Shown here: in pieces, positions 40,438 through 53,638 of the stretch
Numbering within the stretch: position 1 is the stretch's first letter
Layout of the letters: every line of letters begins with the position of its first letter
Translations under genes and position numbers: made by a program
Assembly (NCBI GenBank): GCA_951406725.2
Contig: OX597830.1
Coordinates: 73,346,001 to 73,410,000 of the forward strand
From: Octopus vulgaris
Lineage: Eukaryota
Reading direction: 5' to 3'
Length of the DNA: 64,000 nucleotides
The notes under the pieces: generated by a model
Seen by the model: the letters and a program-made list of their open reading frames with translations, nothing else
Database searches by the model: none
What the model was told of the DNA's origin: nothing

Positions 40438-40482
<45 letters not shown>

Positions 40483-40804
40483 TATATATACATACACACA
40501 CACACGGTCGAGAGAAAGGCTGTGTTTACAGACATGTGTTTACAGGCATGAGAGCTAGACCGGTTAGAAATAATAGCCAAGTTATGATTAGTTAATTATA
40601 AAAAATGTCCTTCATTGTGATTGGTTCTTTACGTGCCGCACACCACTTTACGTATTAGTCTATTTACTAATTACATACTATTTATTTATTATTTAGTACT
40701 TTATTTAGTTCTAGGTAAATGTTTTTTCGTATCTTTAATTTTTTTGCTATATGGTATGATTTAAGTATATCATTGTTGAATTGCTACATGGTGGTTCTTC
40801 TCTA

Positions 40805-40835
<31 letters not shown>

Positions 40836-40837
40836 CC

Positions 40838-41060
40838 CGTCATCACCGTGAGCGCCAGGCTATCAGATGTTGCTGCACATCGCTGGTCACAATGCGCTTC
40901 GCATTGTTTTAGCCTTCAAATGACACCAGCCTGATGGCTAAGCAAGCAGGCCAACAGAAGAAAGAGAGAAAGTTGTGGCGAAAGAGTACAGCAGGAATCG
41001 CCACCACCCCCTGCCGGAGCCACAATAAACACTCATAACGCCCGGTCTGGGAATCGAAAC
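40838..41060 (-). mobile_element. SINE family D, partial
   Basis: GAAAGAGTACAGCAGG..CGCCACCACC..TGCCGGAGCC..AACGCCCGGTCTGGGAATCGAAAC, shared with 45060-45195. Confidence 0.8.
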
Positions 41061-42084
41061 TGACGAATCTGATTGGATCTTTGATACTGGTATAGAAAAT
41101 CCTTTGACACGGCTCAATGAGGAAGTCATTTCGTTGTAGCTAGACCTGTTAGAAATAATAGCCAAGTTATGATTAGTTAATTATAAAAATGTTCTTGATT
41201 GGGTCTTTACGTGCCGCATGCCAATTTACATAAGCTTATGAATTAAAGGGATACAGAAAATGTTTATACTATTCGGTTAAACCATGAACGGATGTTTACA
41301 AAATCATTCCTGACTTTGATTGGTTTCTGTATGTCACGTGTCAATAAAAAGTAGGCTTATCGCTCATCTATGAATAGATGGATCACATGTTCGATACGAG
41401 CCAATGAGGTGCCTCTAATGCGGTCAGTGAATTTGCGAGAAATAGCTGCAACATCTCCTTCCTATCACATTCTTCTGTCTTCAGAAAAGTGACGGTACAT
41501 TAAAACATATATACCTAGATACACTACTCTTACAAATTAAGAAAAAATTAAGAAAAAAAGGCAAGATCATCACATCTGAAATTACCTTGAATCATAACTA
41601 GACTGATTATAGATGACCGGGTACTAAACAGCAATAACAATTATAAAATAATAGATTAAATAAATGGGTTCATTGCCGGGATAAATAGCTTGTTTTATTC
41701 AATTAATTCCTTTTGTTTTGTACGTTTTCCGTTTATGGTATTGTTGCACTTAATGTCGTCCTAGCGCAAAGAATATTATATAAAACTAATTTAATGTTAG
41801 GCTGTTCATGAAATACATACTACTGCAGAGTAGACTAGTTTAAAAACAAGGCTGTTATGAAATAAACTGTGTTGTCGACAAGACTACGCTTTATAATGTT
41901 GATGATGTGTAATATAATTCTTTCTGATATATGCACAAGGCCGGAAATTTGTGAGATGAAGGGATAGTCACTTATATCGACCCCAGTGCACAACTGGTTT
42001 TTATCCTATCGACCTTGAAACGAATATAAAAAAAAGAAATTCGACTCGGATAAATTTGAACGTGATGTTGGCGAAGAAATACAT

Positions 42085-42499
42085 ATTTCTTTACTACCCA
42101 CAAGGGGCTAAATATAGAGAGGACAAAGAAGGACACACAAAGGGATTAAGTCGATTACATCGACCCAGTGCGAAACTGGTACTTTATTTATCGACTCCGA
42201 GAGGATGAAAGGCAAAGTCGACCTCGGCGGAATTTGAACTCAGAACGTAACGACAGACGAAATGTCTATTTCTTCATTACCTACAAGGGGCTAAACACAG
42301 AGAGGACAAACAAGGACAGACAAATGGATTAAGTCGATTATATCGACCCCAGTGTGTAACTGGTACTTATTTAATCGACCCCGAAAGGAGTAAAGGCAAA
42401 GTCGACCTCGGCGGAATTTGAACTCAGAACATAGCGGCAGACGAAATACCGCTAAGCATTTCGCCCGGCGCGCTAACGTTTCTGCCAGCTCGCCGCCTT
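42085..42499 (-). mobile_element. SINE family B dimer
   Basis: Two tandem bodies and one head. An older fragment lies at 41915-42065. Confidence 0.95.
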
Positions 42500-43792
42500 A
42501 CGTTATAAAGTGCATACGGTGGTATATAAGACTAGTATAATATAAGGCCTATATAGTCATGTAATAAATCATATACAAAACTTTTAATATCAGGCCTTTA
42601 ATGTTAAGTAATAAATACTGTTGTATACGTGTCTAATTTAATATACGGTCCTCGACCTGATATAATAAATTCTCTAGTATAAAGATTAGTTTCACATAAA
42701 GCTTTATCCTGATTTTAGAAATTGTTATACTCAAGACTAGTTTAATACAAGCGTTTAATGTTATGTAATAAATGCAGTCGTATACAAGCGTAGTTTAATA
42801 GAAAGTTGTTGACCTGATATAATAAATTTAATATTTTTGTATAACAGAGTGGTTCAATATGATTTTTAAAAGTATTATGTTAACCATTGTTACGTATAAG
42901 GCTGTTTTGATATAAGGCATTTAATGTGTTGAAAGTAAATATACGGCTCTTTTGTTACGTAATATTGTTTTTTTGATTGATTGATTGATTTCTAGTTTCA
43001 GCTCATGAGCTGTGGCCATGCTGGGGCAAGGCAAAGCTTTTTTTTTTTTTTAACTTATAAAAGAAAATCAGGGTGATGAATCTGTAAAACAGGGAAATAA
43101 CGCAACAAGGTTCACAGATATTGATCGAATTGAATCGATTACAAATAATTTCTACGTGGGTGCGTGATTAGGGTTTTCGTGATTCTTGTTAAGCCCCAGT
43201 CTTCTTTGATTAGTAAAACATAAGAAGAATGAGGACCAGTTTCGACCATCCTGTCTGTTTATTGTTCATATTTTCAAGCATAACTTTACGTAGGACTACA
43301 TTTTCTTAATAACTCAATCGACCCTAGAAATAGCAGCCAAATGCCCTCTTCATACCCGTTCTGATAACACAAACACGACACAGAACAAATATAGCACTAA
43401 ATATATAGATATAGATGGGATGGACACATCTGGAGCGCATTTGGTCATAGTTTTGGTCGATGAGATATTACTTGTATCTGAAAAAGAATAACATTGAACT
43501 TCCCGCGTTTTAGCCATGGTTAAATTTTTTTTTTATTTTTGAGATTTGCGAATACCGCAAGGCTGGCTTGATACGCTACATATTCTGTTCAGCCCTTTTA
43601 ACTAGCCCCAGTACTTTGTTGGTACTCTATATAATTGATTCCCAAAAGAAGAGGCCGAGTTGATCTGGAAGAATTTGAACTCAGAACGTATCATGTATAA
43701 GCGTCTACGTATATATGTGCGTTCGTTTGTGTTTGTGTGAGCGCGCGAATGTGGTGTTTGTGTGCGTGTGCGTGTGTGTGTGTGTGTCTGTG

Positions 43793-43837
<45 letters not shown>

Positions 43838-44464
43838 ATGTAGGTGTGCCTGTACGCATACATACACACACACAAACACACACATATTTGCATATAAAAC
43901 AAACACCGCTCAATGAGCCGTGTTTTTGTTGTTGTTGGTAGTGGAAGTGGTCTCCTGTTAATACAAATTTGAGGGAGATTTGTCTGCTATTTCTACCCAC
44001 ATCGACCACCTCAAATTCTCGCTTCACTCAACTAGTTTTAATCGAAGGTATATATATCTTTTCATTCGTAAATCCTGCTTTCTCTATGTTATCCACGTAA
44101 AATACCACGTGATAATTCAACAACCAATCAAATTCCAGAATATGCATTCTTCCTCACCCTCTTAACAAATAACGTATTTGTTGAATATAGTTTTGCTATC
44201 TTTACAACTTCAGTTGTCGTATATTTTATTTCTAGTTAAAATTATATGCATTTTAGAAGGAATGGTCTAAAGAATAGAGGCTTCTGCTGCTCAAATTGAG
44301 GAGTATTTAGAAATTAACAGAAGTATTCTATGACACAATAGATTTTATTTATCTGAAGGCCACTCCCCTATTATTTTCGGATACTTCTACATGTATTGAC
44401 ATATTCTGATAGTGTTCTGAACAGAAAAATCCCGACGAGACGCGAGAGAAAGCCTTTGTCTCCA

Positions 44465-44845
44465 GGCGTAGCTGTGTGGTTAAGAACCTTGCTTCTCAAT
44501 CACAGAATAAGTAGAAGACACACATAGAATAAGTACCGAGGTTGATTCGTTCGACTGAAATTCTTCAAGAGGTGCTCCAGCAAGGCCGCAGCAGTCTGAT
44601 TATTGAGATAAAAGAAAAGATATATCACTTATGTATGTGTGTGTTGGGGATGTGAGTGTGTGTGTATGTTTGTCCTCCACCACCGCTTGACAACCGGTGT
44701 TGGTGTGTTTACTTCTCCGTAACTTAATCGATTCGGTGAAAGACACAAATGGGAATAAATGCCTGTAGTGGTGGGGGGGGGGATGGTGGTATTCGTTGGA
44801 CTAAAATTCTTGAAGGAGGTGCTCCACCATGGCTGCAGTCTGATT
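44465..44845 (+). mobile_element. Two SINE A fragments
   Basis: A deleted copy at 44465-44620 and a 3' half at 44655-44845. Confidence 0.75.
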
Positions 44846-44882
44846 AGTGTGCCCGCGTACATGCATTCATCTACGCATCCGT

Positions 44883-45235
44883 TGCTGGTTGCTGTTGCTG
44901 TTGAGCGGTCCGGTCCGAGCGGTCCGAAACGTGGTCCTTTGCTATTCGTAAGACCCGCAGAAGAGAAAGCAGGTCAAACCCCGACACCGAGAGCATCGAC
45001 GGATGACTGAATGTGCATCCAGGCTCAGCGGTTGCATAGGGAGTCGGGGACAAGAAACAAGAAGAAAGAGTGAGAGAAAGTTGGGGCGAAAGAGTACAAC
45101 AGGGGTCGCCACCACCACCTGCCGGAGCCTCGTGGAGCTTTTTAGGTGTTTTCGCTCAATAAACACACACAACGCCCGGTCTGGGAATCGAAACCGCGAG
45201 TTCACTGCCCTAACCACTGGACCATTGCACCTCCA
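44883..45235 (-). mobile_element. SINE family D with tRNA-like head
   Basis: Minus strand GGAGGTGCAATGGTCCAGTGGTTAGGG...GGTTTCGATTCCCAG (A/B boxes), with a (CAA/CAG) tail. Confidence 0.8.
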
Positions 45236-45316
45236 CTCCGTTGCTGGTCAGATGTGATTAAGCAGTGATCTATATAACACGCGGTACATTCTCTCTTTAT
45301 ACACAAATGTATAAAT

Positions 45317-45717
45317 GTGGTAAGGAGCTTGCTAACCAACCACATGGTTCCAGCTTCAGTCCCACTGCGTGGCATCTTGGGCAAGTGTCTTCTTCTATAG
45401 CCTCGAGCCGACCAAAGCCCTTGTGAGTGGATTTGGTAGACGGAAACTGAAAGAAGCCTGTCGTATATATGTATATATATATATATATGTATGTGTATGT
45501 ATATGTTTGTGTGTCTGTGTTTGTCCCTCTAGTATTGCTTGACAACCGATGCTGGTGTGTTTACGTCCCCGTCACTTAGCGGTTCGGCAAAAGAGACCGA
45601 TGCAATAAGTACTGGGCTTACAAAGTTTAAGTCCCGGGGTCGATTTGCTCGACTAAAGGCGTTGCTCCAGCATGGCCGCAGTCAAATGACTGAAACAAGT
45701 AAAAGAGTAAAAGAGTA
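45317..45717 (+). mobile_element. SINE family A, near full length
   Basis: Close to the family consensus seen in this window, with a (GTAAAAGA) tail repeat. Confidence 0.95.
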
Positions 45718-46387
45718 CATATCGCCATTGATTAAATACAGTCATACAGCAATACACAAACTCTCTGGTTTACATTCCTTGTGTATGACTCAAGTGTAAC
45801 ACAACTGGCTACTGGTGGTGGTGGTGGTGGGGGTGGGGGTGGGGGGATGATGGTGGGAGTATAGGTGATAATGGACGTAATCGTTTTTGGTCCCCTTCTT
45901 AATGGTAGTAGGGGTTAAGTGGTTGATGGATGATAGTCGTGGTGGTGGTGGTGGTAGTAGTAGTGGTGGTGATTGTGAGCTTGGTTTAAGCGATGCAGAC
46001 CAAGACGAAACTGGTTGTTTAGGGCTTATGTACGGTCCCGTGTTTGTCCAGATTCAGGGTTAGTAGAGCATCTCATCATGGTGGTCCATCTGTGACCATC
46101 ATGTGTGTGTTTTCGTCCAAGTTTAATTATTTACGAAATGTTCTTCGTGTGTTGTACCTTCATTTTCGAGCTCGCGCGACTGTGTGTGCGAAAATATATG
46201 TGAGCACGTATGTGTATAAATGTGTGTGTATTTGTATGTATGCATGTATCTATGTGTGTACGTATGTGTGTACGTATGTGTGCTCGTATATGTATATATA
46301 TATTTTGCTAGCAAAAGATGCCCGATGAACGGCAACGGGAAACTCAGAGTAACAGGTTTTGTTCAATTTTCTGCTGCTTTAAATAAA

Positions 46388-46427
<40 letters not shown>

Positions 46428-46444
46428 AATATCTGTGTGTGCAC

Positions 46445-46475
<31 letters not shown>

Positions 46476-46516
46476 AATGGAGTATCTATGTGTATACGTA
46501 TGCGTGCACGTATATG

Positions 46517-46596
<80 letters not shown>

Positions 46597-46890
46597 AAAT
46601 AATTGGAATACTATACAAACTACTGCACAAAAGTCATGGTTGAAATAGAGGTGGTGGTAGTGCTGCTGCTAAGATTCTCATTGGGACTGGTGCTGGAGGC
46701 GGGGCTGGGAATCTTAAGTTGCTCCCAGCTGTTGTTTTTCTTGCCTTGCTTGAGTTCAGACTTGATTGAGCTGCGCTTAGCAAATGCATTTCGGATTTCA
46801 CCACCAAATCGTTTTCGTTATGGCAATGTGCGGAATAGAACTACATTATCCAACCTGTTTTTTGTGATGATGATGATGATGATGATGATG

Positions 46891-46930
<40 letters not shown>

Positions 46931-46962
46931 CCACCACCACCATCATCATCATCATCACAATC

Positions 46963-46996
<34 letters not shown>

Positions 46997-47009
46997 TCAT
47001 TATCATTAT

Positions 47010-47390
47010 GAAGGTAGTGAACTGGTAAAATCGTTAGCACGCCGGACAAAATGCTTAGTGACTTGTCATCTGTCTGTACGTTGTGACTTCAAATTTTGCT
47101 GGGGTCGTCTCTGCCTTTCATCTTTTGGGGATCGATTTTTTTTTTTAAATACCTCAACTCAGTACTGGGGGGCAATCTGCAACCCCCGGCCCCCAGTCCC
47201 ATCGAAATTTCAAGCTTGAAACAAAAAATAAAAAATTCAAGCCTGAGCATAAAAAATTACATTCTGAGTTCAAATGCTGCCGAGGTCAAGATTGCCTTCC
47301 ATCCGTTCAGAGAAAATGAAGTACCAGTCCAGTGCTGGGGTCGAAGTAATCAATTAACCCCTACGACCTAAATGTACAATCCTTGTACAA
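47010..47390 (+). mobile_element. Two diverged SINE B copies
   Basis: ATCGTTAGCACGCCGG head, with cores at about 47100 and 47280. Confidence 0.75.
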
Positions 47391-47415
47391 AAAAAATAAA
47401 ATAAAAATTGAAACA

Positions 47416-47870
47416 GGCGCAGGAGTGGCTGTGTGGTATGTAGTTCGTTTAACAGCCACATGATTCCGGGTTCATTCCCACTGCGTGGCACCTACTATAG
47501 CCTCGGGCTATAGTCTTCTACTACAGTCTTCTATATAGTCTTCTACTACTACTATAGTCTTCTATAGCCTTCTACTATAGCCTCGGGCCGACCAAAGCCC
47601 TGTGAGTGGATTTGGTAGATGGAAACTGAATGAAGCCCGTCGTATATATGTATATATGTGTATATTTATGTGTGTTTATATGTTTGTGTGTCTGTGTTGG
47701 TGGTGTGTTTACGTCCCCGTAACTTAGCGGTTCGCCAATAGGAGACCGATAGAATAAGTACTAGGCATCCACAGAATAAGTCCCGGAGTCGATTTGCTCG
47801 ACTAAAGGGGGTGCTCCAGCATGACCGCAGTCAAATGACTGAAACGAGTAAAAGCGTAGAGTGTAAAGAG
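47416..47870 (+). mobile_element. SINE family A with internal micro-amplification
   Basis: Family A head and tail; 47491-47580 is replaced by reiterated TAGTCTTCTA units. Confidence 0.9.
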
Positions 47871-48091
47871 AATTTGTATTTTTCTTTTTAGACTGTAAAG
47901 AGTGATTTCTGAGAGACCAGGCAGCTACGTTTAGGAATGTTCCTAGGTGACGATGAGAAATTTTAGTTAGTTTTGGTAGAGGTGATAGTTATGGCAGTAG
48001 TCTCGGTATTGGTGTGACATGAGGCTGTTCCTTGGCATTAGTGTTCATGGTACTGGTGCTGGTGGTGGAGAAATTCGAAATATTTTGGTAT

Positions 48092-48122
<31 letters not shown>

Positions 48123-48570
48123 GGCGGTAATGACAGCGTGAGTGGTGGTGATTAAAGTGACGAAGTAAATGGTGGTCGTGATAGAGGTAACGACGATGGT
48201 AGTGGTGCTGGTGGTGCTGATGATGATGATGATGTGGTGGTGATGATAGTGATGAAGCGAGATGTGGTTGTGGTGGTGGTGGTGGTGGTATTAGTACTAG
48301 TGTTGAAAACAGTGGGGGTGTTTGATGGGGGAAGGTAGTAGTGGGCGGTGGTGTGTGCTTAAAATATTTAAAACTATATCCATTAGTTTAATTAGATAAG
48401 TATACGGTGCGAATCTGTAGAGTATCGAAGATGAAGTGGTGGATGGCTGGGTCAGTTGGCTGTGAATCTACGTGTATATACATACATATATATATATATA
48501 TGTATGTGTAGCTATATATATATATATATATATGTATATATAGATGCATACATGCATACGTGTAGCTATT

Positions 48571-48681
48571 TAAATATACACACTCACAAAGACACACACC
48601 CATTTTTATTAATATATATGTGTATGGATGCATTTATAAACCTTGATATACATATATACACATATATATACACATATATTC

Positions 48682-48715
<34 letters not shown>

Positions 48716-48752
48716 CAATATACCCAACGCACATAAACGTACACACACATAC

Positions 48753-48810
<58 letters not shown>

Positions 48811-48990
48811 AGTACGTTTATGTGCGTTGGGATTGTATATCTGTTATATATATATATATATATATATACATGAATATATGTATATATATATATGTGTATA
48901 TATGTATATCAAGGTTTATAAATACATCCATACACACACATATATATTAATAAAAATGGATGTGTGTCTTTGTGAGTGTGTATGTATTTA
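48571..48990. repeat. Long near-perfect inverted repeat centred on (TA)n
   Basis: Left-arm blocks CACACTCACAAAGACACACA, CCATTTTTATTAATATATATG, ATTTATAAACCTTGATATACATATA and CCCAACGCACATAAACGTAC recur as reverse complements in mirror order. Confidence 0.95.
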
Positions 48991-49148
48991 TGCATGCATG
49001 TATGTATGTATGTATGTATGTATGTATGTATGTATGTATGTATGTATGTATGTATAGAGTGCTCTGCTTGTGACATATTTTTGAGAGAATATATATTGAG
49101 AGCGAATGGAAACACAAGTCTTACGTTGGTGGTGGGGACGCAGCGGCG

Positions 49149-49155
49149 ATGATGG

Positions 49156-49242
<87 letters not shown>

Positions 49243-49320
49243 CGACGACGACGACGACGATGATGATGATGATGATAGTGATGGTGGTGATGGTGGTAGT
49301 GTTGATAATGGTGACGATGA
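49149..49320. repeat. (GAT)n microsatellite
   Basis: Direct reading. Confidence 0.95.
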
Positions 49321-49833
49321 ACACTAAAGGAAGGATATTACACAGGGATACGGAATGTGGGAGTGTGTTTTTAGTACGTGTCCGCGCATATGTGATTGTG
49401 CACGTGTGTAAGCTTTTTTTATAAAATTCCCACTTAGTGTCATTGCGTTTACTTGTCCAGCTAGAAATAGCAGCTAACCTCACGTATACCGCGTTCCCGT
49501 AAAATAAGGAAAACTTATATAACCAACCACATCATATGACATGATGGTTATAACTGGGCTTGTTCACAGAACTGATAAAAGATCTGTTAAAGCATACTTC
49601 TTAACCTTTTACAAAACTAAGAGCTCTCTCTCTCTCTCTCTCCCTCTCCCCCCCCCCTCTCTCTTAAAGTTATTAAACAGTATCAGATTATGTTAGAGAA
49701 CAACCCAAATTATATTAAGTTTGTCGGTCCGAATTGCTCGATGAAATTAACCGCCAAGCTCAATGAATTCAGCACGTCAGTGGTTGAGTATTCCAAAGAC
49801 ATGTGCATCTCTAACATAATTCTCAAGCGGAAT

Positions 49834-49911
49834 CAGTGTACCATAGTGTGTCACAGTGTACCACGATGTATCACAGAGTACCACAGTGTACCATAGTGTG
49901 CCACATTGTCA
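49834..49911. repeat. 10-bp minisatellite (CAGTGTACCA-like)
   Basis: About 7-8 degenerate units. Confidence 0.8.
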
Positions 49912-50109
49912 CATGGACAGGCGTTTGAATAAGAGAGAGCTCTAATCCATTTGAAGGAGGTGCTTCTACACACTTTCCATCCACGCCGTTGCACTTAGGA
50001 GTGGATCGAGGCTATAAAGATTGATATTTGCCTAAATTGCCACAAAATGTAATCTATGAAACTCGGAGCATCATCAAAGCGAAGTGAATTTGTTGCACAT
50101 TTATCCCCG

Positions 50110-50450
50110 CTGGAGCATCACCTTGAATGATTCCGTTGAACACATCAAGCACTCAATATATTTTGGTTTCAAAGTCTGCCATTTATTCTATCTGTCCCTT
50201 TGGCCGAACCAATTTACGAAAGCGTAAACACACCAACACCGGTTGTCAAATGATGGTGGAGGTGGTGGTAAGGGCAAATATATACACAAAGACACAAACA
50301 CATATATGTATGCATATATCTATATATGAAGAGCTTCTTTTAGTTTCTGTCAACCAAATCCAGTCACAAGGCTTTGGTCGGTCCAGAGCAAAAGTAGAAG
50401 AGGCTTGCTCAGGGTACCACGCAGTGGTATTGAACTCGGAACCATGTGAC
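50110..50450 (-). mobile_element. Diverged SINE family A
   Basis: CGTAAACACACCAACACCGGTTGTCAA..CACAAGGCTTTGGTCGG..GGAACCATGTG. Confidence 0.8.
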
Positions 50451-50546
50451 TGAGAACACACATTCATTCATACATACATACATACATACATACATACATA
50501 CATACATACATACATGCATACATACATACATACATACGTACTATAT

Positions 50547-50790
50547 TGGCGCTCCGTCGCTTACGACGACGAGGGTTCCAGTTGATCCGATCAAGGGAAC
50601 AGCTTGCTCGTGAGACTAACGTGGAAGTGGCTGAGCACTCCACAGACACATGTACTCCTTCACATACTTCTCAGGGAGATTTAGCGTGACACATGAGTGT
50701 GACACGGTTGGCCCTTTGAAATACAGTTACTGCTAATTTTTGCCAGTTGAGTGGAGAGCAATGTGAAATAAAGTGTCTTGCACAAGACAA
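50547..50790 (-). mobile_element. SINE family C, tail type 2, head truncated
   Basis: GAGGGTTCCAGTTGATC..GTGGCTGAGCACTCCACAGAC..AAGTGTCTTGCACAAG matches 24360-24590 in reverse. Confidence 0.8.
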
Positions 50791-50979
50791 TGTATGTCAC
50801 ATTCATTCATACAAACATACATACATACATGCATATATACATTCATACATGCATACATGCATGCATGCATATATACATACATACATATATACATACATAT
50901 ATACATTCATTCATGCATGCATGCATGCATACATACATACATACATACATATATACATACATATATACATTCATACATG

Positions 50980-51011
<32 letters not shown>

Positions 51012-51065
51012 CATACATATATAGATTCGTTCATACATGCATGCATGCACGCATACATACATACA

Positions 51066-51097
<32 letters not shown>

Positions 51098-51559
51098 GGG
51101 TAACAGAAAGACAAGTACACTCGCACGCACGCAGAAACGAACATATTACATGTGTGTATATCTGTGTGTCTGTGCGTTCACATATGTGTGTGCGAGAGAG
51201 AGAGAAAGATGGAAAGAAAGTGTGTATGTGTGAAAGAAAGAAAAAAAAATGTGTGTGTTTTTCGTGTATTATGAGTGTGAAAACATACGGTACATTTGTG
51301 TGTGTGTGTGTGTGTATAACTCCCCGCGTATCTTTGCGTCAGTACGTTTACACTTGCCTGCCTTTTATGCTATCTTTTACCAGAGAAATCTCTTGGAGCT
51401 TTATGTCGTCTTAATGAATGCAAAAAAAATTGTTTGCTCTCGTATATTCGGTTTCATTACTTTATTTATTACAGGACCCGGCTAAATATATTTGAACCCC
51501 AAAGAAATAAAATGAATGTTTTTGTTTGCGCAAGTTTCTGTGTAATAAATGTGTATTTG

Positions 51560-51563
51560 CGTA

Positions 51564-51599
<36 letters not shown>

Positions 51600-51684
51600 T
51601 GTATGTATGTATGTATGTATGTATGTATGTATGTATGTATGTATATGTATGTATGTATGTATATATATATATATATGTATATAC

Positions 51685-51743
<59 letters not shown>

Positions 51744-51879
51744 TATATATATATATGTACATATATATATATATATGTATATATATGTATGTATATATAT
51801 ATATATGTACATATATATATATATGTACATATATATATATATATGTATATATATGTATGTATATATATATGTACATATG

Positions 51880-51932
<53 letters not shown>

Positions 51933-52032
51933 AAATAATTACATGCATATATACATATATACATTAATACAGGCGTGCATACATGCATACATACTTACAT
52001 GCATACATACATACATACATACATACATATAC

Positions 52033-52095
<63 letters not shown>
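51560..52095. repeat. (TATG)n/(TA)n compound tract
   Basis: Direct reading; similar tracts lie at 57950-58330 and 61165-61460. Confidence 0.95.
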
Positions 52096-52097
<2 letters not shown>

Positions 52098-52279
52098 GGA
52101 GGGTAGTGTGTGTATGTATGGGTGAGTTATTGTGTTTGTGTGAGTGTATGCAGTGACTTACCTACAAAGTTATGAGTGATTCGTGTAGCTATTTAAATAT
52201 CTGTGATTGAATGTAGGATAGAACGTGTGTGTGTGTGTGATATGAATAATAGCTCACATATAAGTATCGAAACGCAATC

Positions 52280-52354
<75 letters not shown>

Positions 52355-52632
52355 AATGATAAAGGAACAAAAAACACGTTATCTTTGATATGCCAATAAA
52401 TGTACACTGATCGATAATCGATACAAATTTGTGAAAATATTTGAACATTGCTCCATATATACACATACTTTTATCTCTTTCCTGAAGTAAGTCTTCTTCG
52501 ATTGAACTGAACTATGGAAGATTTTATATATTTCATTTTCTGTTTCAAAGGCAGTGATGGCGATTCTTCACCTTTTGTTTACCAGGCTGAGGTTGATAAA
52601 AATAACTACCTGCCAATAACGAAGTCTAATAA

Positions 52633-52657
52633 AATGATGATGATGATGATGATGATG

Positions 52658-52721
<64 letters not shown>

Positions 52722-52771
52722 TGATGATGATGATGATCATCATCATCATCATCATCATCATGATGATGATC

Positions 52772-52802
<31 letters not shown>

Positions 52803-52827
52803 CGACGACGATGATGATGATGATGAC

Positions 52828-52871
<44 letters not shown>

Positions 52872-52899
52872 CGACGATGATGATGATGATGATGATGAC

Positions 52900-52967
<68 letters not shown>

Positions 52968-53002
52968 CGATGACGATGATGATGACCATGATGACCATGA
53001 TG
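52633..53002. repeat. (ATG)(ATA)(ATC)(GAC) compound microsatellite
   Basis: Direct reading. Confidence 0.95.
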
Positions 53003-53195
53003 ATAAACACCCTGAATATCAGATGAGGGATTTTCCAGGGTGATAGCTTATCTCCGTTGCTTTTTGTTGTCTGCATGATACCCCTGACCTTGGTACTTAG
53101 GAAAATGAACTTGGGGTACCAACTAAAGGGAAAATCAACCAGCTCTTCTTTATAGATGATTCGAAACTGCATAGCAAGGATGAGACACAAGTGAA
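53003..53195 (+). pseudogene. Non-LTR reverse transcriptase fragment (R4/Dong-like)
   Basis: NIR*GIFQGDSLSPLLFVVCMIPLTLVLRK..GYQL / KINQLFFIDDSKL gives the QGDxLSP motif and a decayed (F/Y)xDD motif, with one stop and one frameshift. Confidence 0.85.
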
Positions 53196-53638
53196 TTTGA
53201 ACTCAGAATGTAACGAAAGACGAAATACCCATTTCTTTACTACCCACAAGGTGCTAAACACAGAGAGGACACAGACGGACAGACAAACAGATTAAGTCGA
53301 TTATATCGACTCCAGTACGTAGCTGGTACTTATTTAATTGACTCCGAAAGGATGAAAGGCAAAGTCGACCTCGGCGGAATTTGAACTCAGAACGTAGCGG
53401 CAGACGAAATACCGCTAAGCATTTCGCCCGGCGTACTACCGTTTCTTATTTCTTTATTGCCCACAAGGGGCTAAACATAGAGTGGACAAACAGGGACAGA
53501 CAAAGGGATTAAGTGGATAACATCGAACCCGAAAGGATGATAGGCAAAGTCGACCTCGGAGGAATTTGAATTCAGAACATAACGGCAAATACTACTAAGC
53601 ATTTCGCCCGGCGTGCTAACGATTCCACCAGCTCGCCG
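53192..53638 (-). mobile_element. Multimeric SINE family B
   Basis: Two bodies plus a third partial B-box segment, in reverse orientation. Confidence 0.9.

Noticed and set aside
45810-45860. G-quadruplex-capable G runs (also 59556-59576)
   Set aside because: Expected by chance from (GGT)n-derived low-complexity sequence; no functional context.
46603-46860. Open frames on both strands with protein-like composition
   Set aside because: No polypyrimidine acceptor, no recognisable domain, and flanked by microsatellites.
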